From positions 1-15,672 of the forward strand of contig JAZGDW010000181.1 in the NCBI GenBank assembly GCA_036478295.1: a DNA stretch of 15,672 nt, written 5' to 3'. The translations under genes were made by a program, and so were the position numbers. The notes beneath the pieces were generated by a model. The model searched no databases and was not told where the DNA came from. It saw only the letters and a program-made list of their open reading frames with translations. This stretch comes from Candidatus Krumholzibacteriia bacterium. GTDB lineage: Bacteria > Krumholzibacteriota > Krumholzibacteriia > WVZY01. Positions 7,967 to 15,672 of this stretch are shown in pieces (the first letter of the stretch is position 1; each line of letters begins with the position of its first letter).

Positions 7967-8042
7967 TGGAGCGGGCAACGGGACTCGAACCCGCGACCCT
8001 CAGCTTGGGAAGCTGATACTCTACCAACTGAGTTATGCCCGC
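7967..8042 (-). tRNA. tRNA-Gly(CCC), CCA encoded
   Basis: Minus strand GCGGGCATAACTCAGTTGGTAGAGTATCAGCTTCCCAAGCTGAGGGTCGCGGGTTCGAGTCCCGTTGCCCGCTCCA (76 nt). Anticodon stem TCAGC/GCTGA with loop TT-CCC-AA; U73 discriminator typical of bacterial tRNA-Gly. Confidence 0.98.
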
Positions 8043-8058
8043 CCTCTTAACGGTTGTT

Positions 8059-8087
8059 TTTTTACCATGTTAGCTCAATTATGTCAA
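8059..8087 (-). promoter_or_regulatory. Sigma70-type promoter for tRNA-Gly and probably the downstream genes
   Basis: Perfect TTGACA (8087-8082), 17-nt spacer, TAAAAA (8064-8059) with an extended -10 TG, 16 nt upstream of the tRNA. Confidence 0.7.
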
Positions 8088-9014
8088 GTGGGATTTAAAG
8101 TCATCGCTGCTTTCTAATAATTCGCTGATCATCCGAACCGGCTCGTCTTTCGACACATCGACCCAGTGCGCCCCCGCGACACTGCGAAAAAAGGTTTCCT
8201 GCCGTTTCGCGTACTGCTGCGTCTGGGTAACCACATCCTCTATCGTATCCCGGGGTTCCTTACCGCTCACAATGGCGCCGGCAATCACGCCGTATCCGAG
8301 GCTGCGCATGGCTGGCGCCTTCACCGACACACCAGCCTCCAGCAGGCGGGCGACCTCCTCCACCCACCCGGCGTCGAACATCTCGCGGGTCCTCTGTGCG
8401 ATCCGTCGGCGCAGCTGCGCCCGGGGCAGTGTCAAAACGATTCGTAACCCGTGCCACCCCGTCGCTTCTTGTCCCTTTATGAGACTACTGTGCGCGCTCC
8501 CCGTGTAGTCGTGAATCTCCAGCGCGCGCGCGACGCGCACGCGGTCGTTGGACGACAGCTCATCCGCGCGCTCGGGATCCCGCTCCTGGAGCTCCGCGTA
8601 CAGCTCGGTGGTCGAACGGGTGTCCATGCGCTCGCGAATTTGGCGCAGGGCGTCCTCGGGAATCCGTGCGTCGATCAGGCCCTCGAAGAGCGCCCGGAAA
8701 TACAACCCCGTACCCCCGACAAAGAACGCCAGCCCACCGCCGGCGGCGATCGCCCGGCCCGCCTCCAGGGCCAGGGTCACGTGGCGACCCGCGCTGTTCG
8801 CCTCCGCGGGGTCCAGGACGTCGATCAAATGATGCACAACCTGCGCGCGTTCGCCCGCACTGACTTTTGCAGTGCCAACGTCAAGACCCCGGTAGACCTG
8901 GCGCGAGTCCATCGAGATAATTTCAGCGCCGAACGAACGCGCCAGCGCGATCGCCACGCGAGATTTGCCGGTGGCCGTCGCCCCCATGATTGCGACGCCG
9001 GGATGTGAAGTCAT
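8079..9014 (-). CDS. miaA: tRNA dimethylallyltransferase
   Basis: GATATGKS P-loop, DSRQVYRGLDVGTAK, HHLID, VGGTGLY, RVARALEI, YAKRQ. ATG 9014 overlaps the mutL TAA (TAATG). mutL-miaA synteny. Confidence 0.96.
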   Translation of the reverse strand: MTSHPGVAIMGATATGKSRVAIALARSFGAEIISMDSRQVYRGLDVGTAKVSAGERAQVVHHLIDVLDPAEANSAGRHVTLALEAGRAIAAGGGLAFFVGGTGLYFRALFEGLIDARIPEDALRQIRERMDTRSTTELYAELQERDPERADELSSNDRVRVARALEIHDYTGSAHSSLIKGQEATGWHGLRIVLTLPRAQLRRRIAQRTREMFDAGWVEEVARLLEAGVSVKAPAMRSLGYGVIAGAIVSGKEPRDTIEDVVTQTQQYAKRQETFFRSVAGAHWVDVSKDEPVRMISELLESSDDFKSHLT

Positions 9015-10861
9015 TATCGTCTCAGAAACCAACTCTCGATGTCTTCGAGCGATATCCTCTGGATGGTCGGGCGGCCGTGCGGGCAGGAATACGGATTGGG
9101 GACGGCAAAGAGCTGATCGGCCAGCATTTTCATTTCTTCCATCGCCAGCCGCTGCCCCGCCTTGACCGCGCTGCGGCAGGCAAAACTCGCAATGATGCGA
9201 TCGGCGTGGGAGTTTCCCGGAATACGATCCTGCACGATGTCGTCGAAGACCTGCAGCAAGAGCTTTCCTTCTTCCCAGTTCTTCAACCCCTGGGGATATC
9301 CGCGCACCAGAATGCTGGTGCCGCCGAACGGCTCCAGGTGAAAACCGAGTTTGTGGAAAACCTCCGCCGATGTCCGAAAAACCTCCAGCTCGCGCAGAGA
9401 CAGCTCCAGGTGGATGGGAAACAAGATCTGCTGCGAGAGGGGAATCTCGTTCTCGAGACGTTTCTTGCTCGTGTCAAAAATAATCCGTTCGTGCGCGGCG
9501 TGTTGATCGATGACGACGATTCCACCTCGCACCTGGATAAAGATGTAGGCGTTGTTGAACTGCCAGAAGAGCGCGTCTTCCCTGCCGACCTCTTCTTTCA
9601 ATTCTCCGGCCGCAGCCGGAACCACTGGCGGTTTCCTGACCGCGTTCTTCAGCGACAGCTGCGGATTGAACTCCCTGTGGGAGGCGCTGCCTTCCATATA
9701 AGAAGAGTACGCGTCCTTGATTCTCGACCGATAGCTCTCCCCGTCGCTTACCGCTGGACCGCCGCGTGGCGCCGCATAGTCCAACTCGGGGTCGGCCAGG
9801 ACCGCCGCCGGAGCGGCCGGTCGCGGCGGCCGGGCAGCGACACCGCTGTACCTCACCTGCAGTGTCGACTCGGAATGGGCGGACAGCGCCTGTTTGAGAG
9901 CGCGGTGCACCAGGTCAAACACGCTGCGCTCGTTTCGCAGGCGAACTTCCAGCTTGTTCGGGTGAACGTTGACATCCACCAGGTCGTATGGAATGTCGAG
10001 AGAAAGCACGATAACGGGAAAGCGTTTGTACGGGATCACGTTGCGGTACGCCAACTGCACGGCCTGCAGAACGCTTTTCTCTCGAACCAGGCGCCGGTTG
10101 ATGTAGATGAACTGGTGGTTGCGATTCGCCCGCGTATGTGTCGGCAGACTGGTAAACCCGCGCAGCCGAAACGGCGCCGCGCCTCCTTCCAGCGTCACCA
10201 TGTGTTTCATGATGCCGCCGCCCAGAATCGCGGCCACGCGCTCGCGCCACGCCGCCGCGGGCACGAGGTCGAGCTCGCTGCGCCCCTCGACACTGTAATG
10301 CAGCTCGAGCTCGGGAGAGGCCAGCGCGAAGGACAACATCGTCTCCAGTATCCTGCGCCGCTCGGTCGTCTCCGATTTCAAGAACTTCTTGCGCGCCGGT
10401 GTATTGAAGAAAAGGTCTCGCACGCGAACCGTCGTGCCCCGTTCGTGCGGCGCCGGAGAATTCTCGACCTCCTCCTTGCCGTGACACGCAAAGCGCCACC
10501 CTTCCCCGTTCTCCCGGTCGCTCGAAATGATTTCAAAGTGGGACACCGACGAGATGCTCGCCAGCGCTTCCCCACGAAATCCGAAGGTCTCTATCGTCGA
10601 CAAATCGCTCGCGCGGGCGATCTTGCTCGTCGCAAAGCTGCGCACGGCGAGCGCGACATCATCCGGTGCCATGCCGCATCCCTGGTCCCGAACCTCGATC
10701 ATGCGCACGCCGGCGCCTTCGACGCGGACGGATATAACGCGGGCGCCGGCATCCACCGCATTCTCGACGAGCTCTTTGACGACTGACGCCGGGCGCTCCA
10801 CCACCTCTCCGGCGGCTATCTGGCGCGCCACTTCTTCGGGCAAAACCTTGATTCTAGGCAT
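9014..10861 (-). CDS. mutL: DNA mismatch repair endonuclease MutL
   Basis: IAAGEVVERPASVVKELVENAVDAGA, GFRGEALASI, DLFFNTPARKKFLKS, DVNVHPNK, and C-terminal DQHAAHER, ACR, CPHGRP motifs. GAGGAG just upstream. Confidence 0.98.
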   Translation of the reverse strand: MPRIKVLPEEVARQIAAGEVVERPASVVKELVENAVDAGARVISVRVEGAGVRMIEVRDQGCGMAPDDVALAVRSFATSKIARASDLSTIETFGFRGEALASISSVSHFEIISSDRENGEGWRFACHGKEEVENSPAPHERGTTVRVRDLFFNTPARKKFLKSETTERRRILETMLSFALASPELELHYSVEGRSELDLVPAAAWRERVAAILGGGIMKHMVTLEGGAAPFRLRGFTSLPTHTRANRNHQFIYINRRLVREKSVLQAVQLAYRNVIPYKRFPVIVLSLDIPYDLVDVNVHPNKLEVRLRNERSVFDLVHRALKQALSAHSESTLQVRYSGVAARPPRPAAPAAVLADPELDYAAPRGGPAVSDGESYRSRIKDAYSSYMEGSASHREFNPQLSLKNAVRKPPVVPAAAGELKEEVGREDALFWQFNNAYIFIQVRGGIVVIDQHAAHERIIFDTSKKRLENEIPLSQQILFPIHLELSLRELEVFRTSAEVFHKLGFHLEPFGGTSILVRGYPQGLKNWEEGKLLLQVFDDIVQDRIPGNSHADRIIASFACRSAVKAGQRLAMEEMKMLADQLFAVPNPYSCPHGRPTIQRISLEDIESWFLRR

Positions 10862-10892
10862 TTTCTCCTCTGATCACCTTCAATACGACTCG

Positions 10893-10922
10893 AAGATATC
10901 ACGGACGATTCGCCCCTGGCAA
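10893..10922 (-). promoter_or_regulatory. Candidate sigma70-type promoter for mutL-miaA
   Basis: TTGCCA (10922-10917), 18-nt spacer, TATCTT (10898-10893) with an extended -10 TG, in the 109-nt intergenic gap. Confidence 0.45.
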
Positions 10923-10970
10923 TCAAAGCATGCACGCGGGAGACTTCCCGACGCTATTTCCTGTTGAAAA

Positions 10971-13268
10971 CTATTCCTGGGTGGGTGTCTGGAGGTTCAC
11001 TTCCGCCTCCGCCATCAGCTCGGCGGCGGTCCGGGAGCTCCCCGGGTACATGGCGGAACCGACGAGGATGTCGTTCTTGGCAACGTCTAGCTCCTCCACG
11101 CTGGAGAGGTCCTTGCCGAGGTAGAGCACGACACGGGACATCAAGAAGCGGATGCGACGGCCCCCTTCGAGGGACAGCATCGCGTAGGTGGCCCGGTCGA
11201 TCCAGGCCCCGTAGTCGGTTTCACGCGTGCGGGTGCGGATTCCCTGGGTAATCTCGTCCACCAGCGCGAAGGCGTCCTTGTAGTCTTTCTCGAACAACGT
11301 ATCCAGTGGATTGAGTCGAAAGAGGATCAGCGCGAAGGAATGGTGGTATCGGTCGGAGCGTGCGATTTCGGTGACGCACACCTTCTGAAATCGCTCGCGG
11401 TTACTCTCGAGAACGGTTTCGTAGGTGTCCGGTTCGGTCGCCGAGGCGGCGGGTCCAATGTCCTGGATGGCGTCGAGCACCGGCAGTATCAAGCGGCCCA
11501 GGTTCTCGAGCAGGTTGCAGTCCAGGTCCGAGAAGATGGCTTCTTCCATCGGGTCGCTGGGCTCCTTGCCGTAGGCGATGACGCCGCCGTAGAGGGCCTC
11601 TTTGCTGGCGATCGGTACCGCCAGCAGCGACGCGTACGCGCCCGCCTCTTCGCGGATCTCGGAATCGAAATCCAACAGCGCCATGCTGAACGACTTACCG
11701 GTCTCCGCCAGGCGCGCGAACCGTTTTTCGTCTTCGGTCACCCATGCCCCGTCGCTCTCCCCGGGTGGCCGCAGCATGCTCACCTCGAAACTCTCATCCT
11801 CGGTCGAGGCGCGCAGTCTCACCGATACGCGCCGGCACTCGAGCACGTCACCCACGACCCGTCCGAGCACGTCGGCCAGCTCGGGCACCGTGCGGCAACC
11901 TAGAAGCGTCGCAGCGGCATCGGACACCTTGGAGAAGGCCTCCAGCTCGCGTTTGAGTTTGCGCTCACGCATCTCGGCAAAAATGAAGCGGGCGAGCTCC
12001 TGCTCGACGGCCTCCCGGATGATCAGGAAATCGTCGAGCTTGTCGCGTTCTTTGAATTCGAGGACCAGAACACCCGCGCTGTGGTCCATGCCCAGGTGAC
12101 AGTAGACGCTAGAGGAAAGCGCATCCAGCGAGTGAGCCATCGGATCGGCGCTCTCGGTGAGCACGATGCACCGCTTTTCGAGGAACGCCCGGCTCAGAGC
12201 GCCTTTCTGAAGGCGCACGCGCTTGCCCTTCGGCGTCAGCAGCCGGTTGGACCCTCCGAGAATGAACCAGTCCCCCTCCACGGTTTGCATGAACACCTCA
12301 GCGGTTTCGGCGTTCAGCAGTTCGGAGAGATAGCGGCACACAATCGAGAATTTTTCTACCGTGGACACCGGCTTGATCGCCACTTCACCCATCGTCGAGC
12401 GGATCTTCGCCTCACGGTGCCTCATCTGCGTCTCCTGCAGTTTCAAGGACTCGAACAGCACACGGGACAGACGGCGCGACAGGCTCTTCAAGCGCGACAG
12501 GTCACTGTCATCGTGTGCATGTCCCTTCTTGCCCGAGGATACGTTGAGAACACCGAGGAGGCGCCCCTCCCACAAGAGCGGCACCGATATGGCCGAGGCG
12601 ATATCCAGCCGGTCGCGGTCACGGGCGTAGAGTGACTTGTCCGCTGTCAAGCGCAAGAGCTGGGCCTGTTTGCGAAGGGCAACGGTCCCTGCCACACCCT
12701 CGCCCAGCTTCTGCCGTGTATTCTTGACCACCTTCTCGCTGAGTCCGGTGGCGTAGGCGATGTAGAGTTCCTTCGCTTCTGGGGAGTACAGCATGACCGA
12801 GCCGGCGCTCGACGATGTCGCTTTGACCGCCACTTCCAGTAGAAATTTGAGCAGCTTTTTGCGATCGAGGAGTTTCTCGAGGGCCTGCAGCGTGTCCTCG
12901 ACGGTATAGGGGGTCTCCAGGTCGACCGCGCTAGGTTCCGGAGAGGCCTGTCCACACAGCGAGGTGACGGCGGCCGACGGGGTCAGGATCTTGGCTTTGC
13001 TGGCGGAGAGTGCACTCAGTTCCTCGCTAAAACGGGCCCGCGGCTCGGATACCACGATGTAGTCGATATCCCGGAGTCCCCGTAACGGCTCGGGCTCGCG
13101 GTACGGGGGGATACCGAGGATTTCCGCTATCTCGAGCCCCACGGCACCCAGCTGTGGATCGTACACGAAGGCAACTTCGACACCGGGCTCACGGTGAAGC
13201 TCGCTGAGCAGACCGAGGTCCTTTTCCTGCGCACCCAGAATGCCGCATCTTATCTTATTAGTGGCCAT
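10971..13268 (-). CDS. Multidomain signalling protein: N-terminal Rossmann-like domain, GAF domain(s), C-terminal degenerate GGDEF-like domain
   Basis: Clear GAF (GSVMLYSPEAKELYIAYATGL...KLGEGVAGTVA...SAISVPLLWEGRLLGVLNV) and further GAF-like segments (SLLAVPIASKEALYGGVIAY). C-terminus EIARSDRYHHSFALILF...RTRETDYGAWIDRATYAML...VGSAMYP...AELMAEAE follows the GGDEF fold pattern without the GG(D/E)EF motif. Confidence 0.8.
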   Translation of the reverse strand: MATNKIRCGILGAQEKDLGLLSELHREPGVEVAFVYDPQLGAVGLEIAEILGIPPYREPEPLRGLRDIDYIVVSEPRARFSEELSALSASKAKILTPSAAVTSLCGQASPEPSAVDLETPYTVEDTLQALEKLLDRKKLLKFLLEVAVKATSSSAGSVMLYSPEAKELYIAYATGLSEKVVKNTRQKLGEGVAGTVALRKQAQLLRLTADKSLYARDRDRLDIASAISVPLLWEGRLLGVLNVSSGKKGHAHDDSDLSRLKSLSRRLSRVLFESLKLQETQMRHREAKIRSTMGEVAIKPVSTVEKFSIVCRYLSELLNAETAEVFMQTVEGDWFILGGSNRLLTPKGKRVRLQKGALSRAFLEKRCIVLTESADPMAHSLDALSSSVYCHLGMDHSAGVLVLEFKERDKLDDFLIIREAVEQELARFIFAEMRERKLKRELEAFSKVSDAAATLLGCRTVPELADVLGRVVGDVLECRRVSVRLRASTEDESFEVSMLRPPGESDGAWVTEDEKRFARLAETGKSFSMALLDFDSEIREEAGAYASLLAVPIASKEALYGGVIAYGKEPSDPMEEAIFSDLDCNLLENLGRLILPVLDAIQDIGPAASATEPDTYETVLESNRERFQKVCVTEIARSDRYHHSFALILFRLNPLDTLFEKDYKDAFALVDEITQGIRTRTRETDYGAWIDRATYAMLSLEGGRRIRFLMSRVVLYLGKDLSSVEELDVAKNDILVGSAMYPGSSRTAAELMAEAEVNLQTPTQE

Positions 13269-13399
13269 AAAGTTATATTATGTACTTAAGAAGTTAGTTG
13301 AGATATGCCCTACCAACCGCGTACGGTAACCTCTGGCAATAGATGCAATTCCCAGACCAAATGGCTGACATAGGCCCGACTGAGGATCCCAGGCTGCGG

Positions 13400-13426
13400 A
13401 AAAACACCCGGTGGATCAACGGGGTG
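13400..13426 (-). terminator. Weak candidate intrinsic terminator spanning the mutS stop
   Basis: Minus strand CACCC-cgttgatccacc-GGGTG-TTTTT: a 5-bp stem with a large loop followed by 5 U. Confidence 0.22.
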
Positions 13427-15672
13427 GATCCAGTGAATCCTTGAGAGACTGCAGGAATTTGAGCGCATCGAGCGGCGTGGTTCCGTTGATGTCGAAGTCA
13501 CGCAGTCGCCGGGTAAGCTCGTCCAGCGGCTGCTCGTTGCGGTCACTCGAGCCCATATCCGACGTCGGTTCGAAAAGTGCCATCTGCCCCGGGTGCCTGG
13601 CGTCGTGGGACAGGCCCTGGCGCAGCAGGTCACGGCGCATCTCCAGCGAGTGCAGGATCTCCTCCGCTCGCTTGAGCACGGTGGCGGGCAGGCCCGCGAC
13701 TCGTGCCGCATGGATACCGTAGCTGCGGTCGCTGGTACCGGAAACGATCTTGCGCAGGAACACGACGCCTCCTTCCCATTCCCGGATGGCGATCTTGAGG
13801 TTTATGAGCCGTGGGTATGTGCGGCGCAACTGCGTCAGTTCATGGAAGTGCGTGGCAAAGAGCGTCTTCGGCCGAGCCTTGATGCCCTGCAGGATGTACT
13901 CCGTCACCGCCCACGCGATGCTGAGCCCGTCGTAGGTGCTGGTACCCCGCCCCACCTCGTCCAGCAGCACGAGGCTGCGATCGGTCATGTTGTCGAGGAT
14001 GTACGACGTCTCCTTCATTTCCACCAGAAAGGTCGATTCGCCGCGGCTCAGGCGGTCCCCGGCCCCGACCCTCGTAAAAATCTGATCGACCAGGCCGATG
14101 CGGGCACGCTCGGCGGGAACGAACGAGCCCATCTGTGCGAGCACGACGATCAGCGCCACCTGGCGCAAGAACGTGCTCTTGCCAGACATGTTGGGCCCGG
14201 TTATTAGCGCGAACTGCCTGCGATCCACATCGAGTTGGAGGTCGTTCGGTACAAAAGCTTCCGGTCCAACACGCTCGAGAACCGGGTGGCGGCTGGCGCC
14301 CAGCTCGATGACCTTCGAGCCGTCGACCACGGGCCGGCGAAACCCGTGCTGCCTCGCCGCGACGGCGAGGGACTGGATGACGTCGACACGCGCAACGGCC
14401 GCGGACGTTTCCATGAGCGAGAGGAGCTCACTCGCCAGGCGCGCGCACAGCTTCTCGAAGTTCTCCTGCTCGCAGGCAATGCGTTTCTCTTCACTCTCGA
14501 GGATGAGTTCCTCTCTCTCCTTGAGCGCACGGGTATAGTAACGCTGGGCATTGACCAGCGTCTGCTTGCCGACGTAGTCCTCGGGGACGGACGCGGCATG
14601 CATTTTCGAGACCTCTATGAAATAACCGAAGACCTTGTTGTACCCGACCTTCAACGTACCGATGCCGGTGCGTTCCCGTTCCCTCCGTTCCAGGTTGGCG
14701 ATCCATACCTTGGCCGCTTCACTGCGCTCGATGAGCGCGTCGAGTTCCGCGTTGAATCCCTTGCGGATGACACCGCCATCACGCAGGTGCCCGGGCGGAT
14801 CGTCCACGATCGCTTTGCGGATAGTGGCGGCGGCCTCCGCGTGGTCACCGATTTGTCCGTCCAGACGCCGCAACAGTGCGGACCGGCTATCGCGTACCGC
14901 CTCCTTCAGGGCGGGAAGGTTCTCGAGTGATTCTCGCAGGCTGTGCAATTCACGCGGGATCGCTTTGCGGGAGGCGATGCGGGCCGCAAGCCGCGGCATA
15001 TCATGAATGCCCTTGAGCAAAGCCACCAGCGTTTCGTGACGCGGCGTGTCACCGTACAACTCGGAGACCGCGTCGAGACGCGCATCGATTTCCTGCACGT
15101 CACAAAGCGGCCTCTGCAACGCCATGCGCAGCTCCCGTCCGCCCATGGGCGTCGCGGTGCTGTCGATCAAGCGAATGAGCGTCGCCCCGGCTTCGCCGCC
15201 GTACAGGGGTTCGAAAAGCTCCAGGTTGCGAATGGTCTCTTCGTCGAGGGCAAGAAAATCCTTTGCGCCCAGCCGCCGAGGCGCGACCACCTGGGGCAAC
15301 GCGCCTCCCTTCAGTTCCCGGCAGTGTGCCAGCAGCGCGCCCGACGCTGCGCGGGCCAGCGGCATCGCCCCTAACGCGTCGACGTCCCCGGCGCCGTCGT
15401 GTGCGGCGAACTGGTCCTGCAGCACGTCCGTCACCGACGGCTCCGCAAAAAGCGCCGGCTCTAGCTCCGTAACGAACGGGCGCTCCAGAACGTCGACCAG
15501 AGCCGACACGGCGCCTGCCGGTGTCCCCTTCTTGTAGAGCAGCTCGCGGATCTTCTTTCCCTGCACGAGCCGTTGCAGGCGGCGGATGTGATCTTCTCCA
15601 AAAAAGAAATCCCCCGTGCTCACATCGACCAGGGCGACGCCGGCGCGCCCCTCTTCGCACAGCACGAGCAAG
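13416..15672 (-). CDS. mutS: DNA mismatch repair protein MutS (MutS1; 5' part lies outside the window)
   Basis: LDEETIRNLELF, TPMGGRELR, LKVGYNKVFGYFIEV, Walker A ITGPNMSGKSTFLRQ, FTRVGAGD, STFLVEM, Walker B LLDEVGRGTSTYDG, FATHFHEL, SYGIHAARVAGLP, TPLDAL. Confidence 0.98.
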   Translation of the reverse strand, partial: LLVLCEEGRAGVALVDVSTGDFFFGEDHIRRLQRLVQGKKIRELLYKKGTPAGAVSALVDVLERPFVTELEPALFAEPSVTDVLQDQFAAHDGAGDVDALGAMPLARAASGALLAHCRELKGGALPQVVAPRRLGAKDFLALDEETIRNLELFEPLYGGEAGATLIRLIDSTATPMGGRELRMALQRPLCDVQEIDARLDAVSELYGDTPRHETLVALLKGIHDMPRLAARIASRKAIPRELHSLRESLENLPALKEAVRDSRSALLRRLDGQIGDHAEAAATIRKAIVDDPPGHLRDGGVIRKGFNAELDALIERSEAAKVWIANLERRERERTGIGTLKVGYNKVFGYFIEVSKMHAASVPEDYVGKQTLVNAQRYYTRALKEREELILESEEKRIACEQENFEKLCARLASELLSLMETSAAVARVDVIQSLAVAARQHGFRRPVVDGSKVIELGASRHPVLERVGPEAFVPNDLQLDVDRRQFALITGPNMSGKSTFLRQVALIVVLAQMGSFVPAERARIGLVDQIFTRVGAGDRLSRGESTFLVEMKETSYILDNMTDRSLVLLDEVGRGTSTYDGLSIAWAVTEYILQGIKARPKTLFATHFHELTQLRRTYPRLINLKIAIREWEGGVVFLRKIVSGTSDRSYGIHAARVAGLPATVLKRAEEILHSLEMRRDLLRQGLSHDARHPGQMALFEPTSDMGSSDRNEQPLDELTRRLRDFDINGTTPLDALKFLQSLKDSLDPPR

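Noticed and set aside
7953..8027. N-terminal extension of the 286-aa ORF
   Set aside because: It is mostly a translation of the tRNA-Gly gene; the signal peptide begins downstream.
7967..9014. Functional link between miaA and the adjacent tRNA-Gly(CCC)
   Set aside because: MiaA modifies A37 of tRNAs with A36 (reading UNN codons); this tRNA has C36 and is not an expected substrate.
8990..10786. 598-aa plus-strand ORF
   Set aside because: Antisense shadow of mutL with no recognisable motifs; long antisense frames are expected in GC-rich coding DNA.
10937..10950. CGGGA-gact-TCCCG hairpin after the GAF gene
   Set aside because: 5-bp stem without an adjacent U-tract; too weak to call a terminator or operator.
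13410..13440. Short direct repeat GGTGGATC x2 (plus GTGAATCC) at the mutS end
   Set aside because: Only 8 bp, two exact copies, mostly within coding sequence; not CRISPR-like or iteron-like.
9..15660. Numerous other plus-strand and alternate-frame ORFs in the track
   Set aside because: They overlap well-supported minus-strand genes or tRNAs and have Arg/Ser/Pro/Ala-rich, motif-free shadow composition.

Overview
GC-rich bacterial chromosomal segment with every supported gene on the minus strand, mostly housekeeping. In transcription order: mutS (5'-truncated), a 765-aa Rossmann-like/GAF/degenerate-GGDEF protein, mutL, miaA, tRNA-Gly(CCC), a TPR+SLH-like lipoprotein, der(engA), plsY, gpsA, a MerR-family regulator, tRNA-Pro(GGG), a lipid A/PatA-family acyltransferase, a GT2 glycosyltransferase, surE, pcm, and a COG2426-type membrane protein (3'-truncated, missing from the ORF track). 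I saw no integrase, transposase, CRISPR array or long repeat. Best candidates for something new: (i) the multi-GAF protein with a catalytically dead GGDEF domain but intact RxxD I-site, placed between mutS and mutL; (ii) its AT-rich upstream region, which holds a dif-like sequence on the start codon, an inverted repeat and a sigma54-like motif; (iii) the TPR-SLH lipoprotein starting about 14 nt after tRNA-Gly; (iv) the acyltransferase-GT2 pair after tRNA-Pro. All assignments come from motif recognition by eye; no searches were run.
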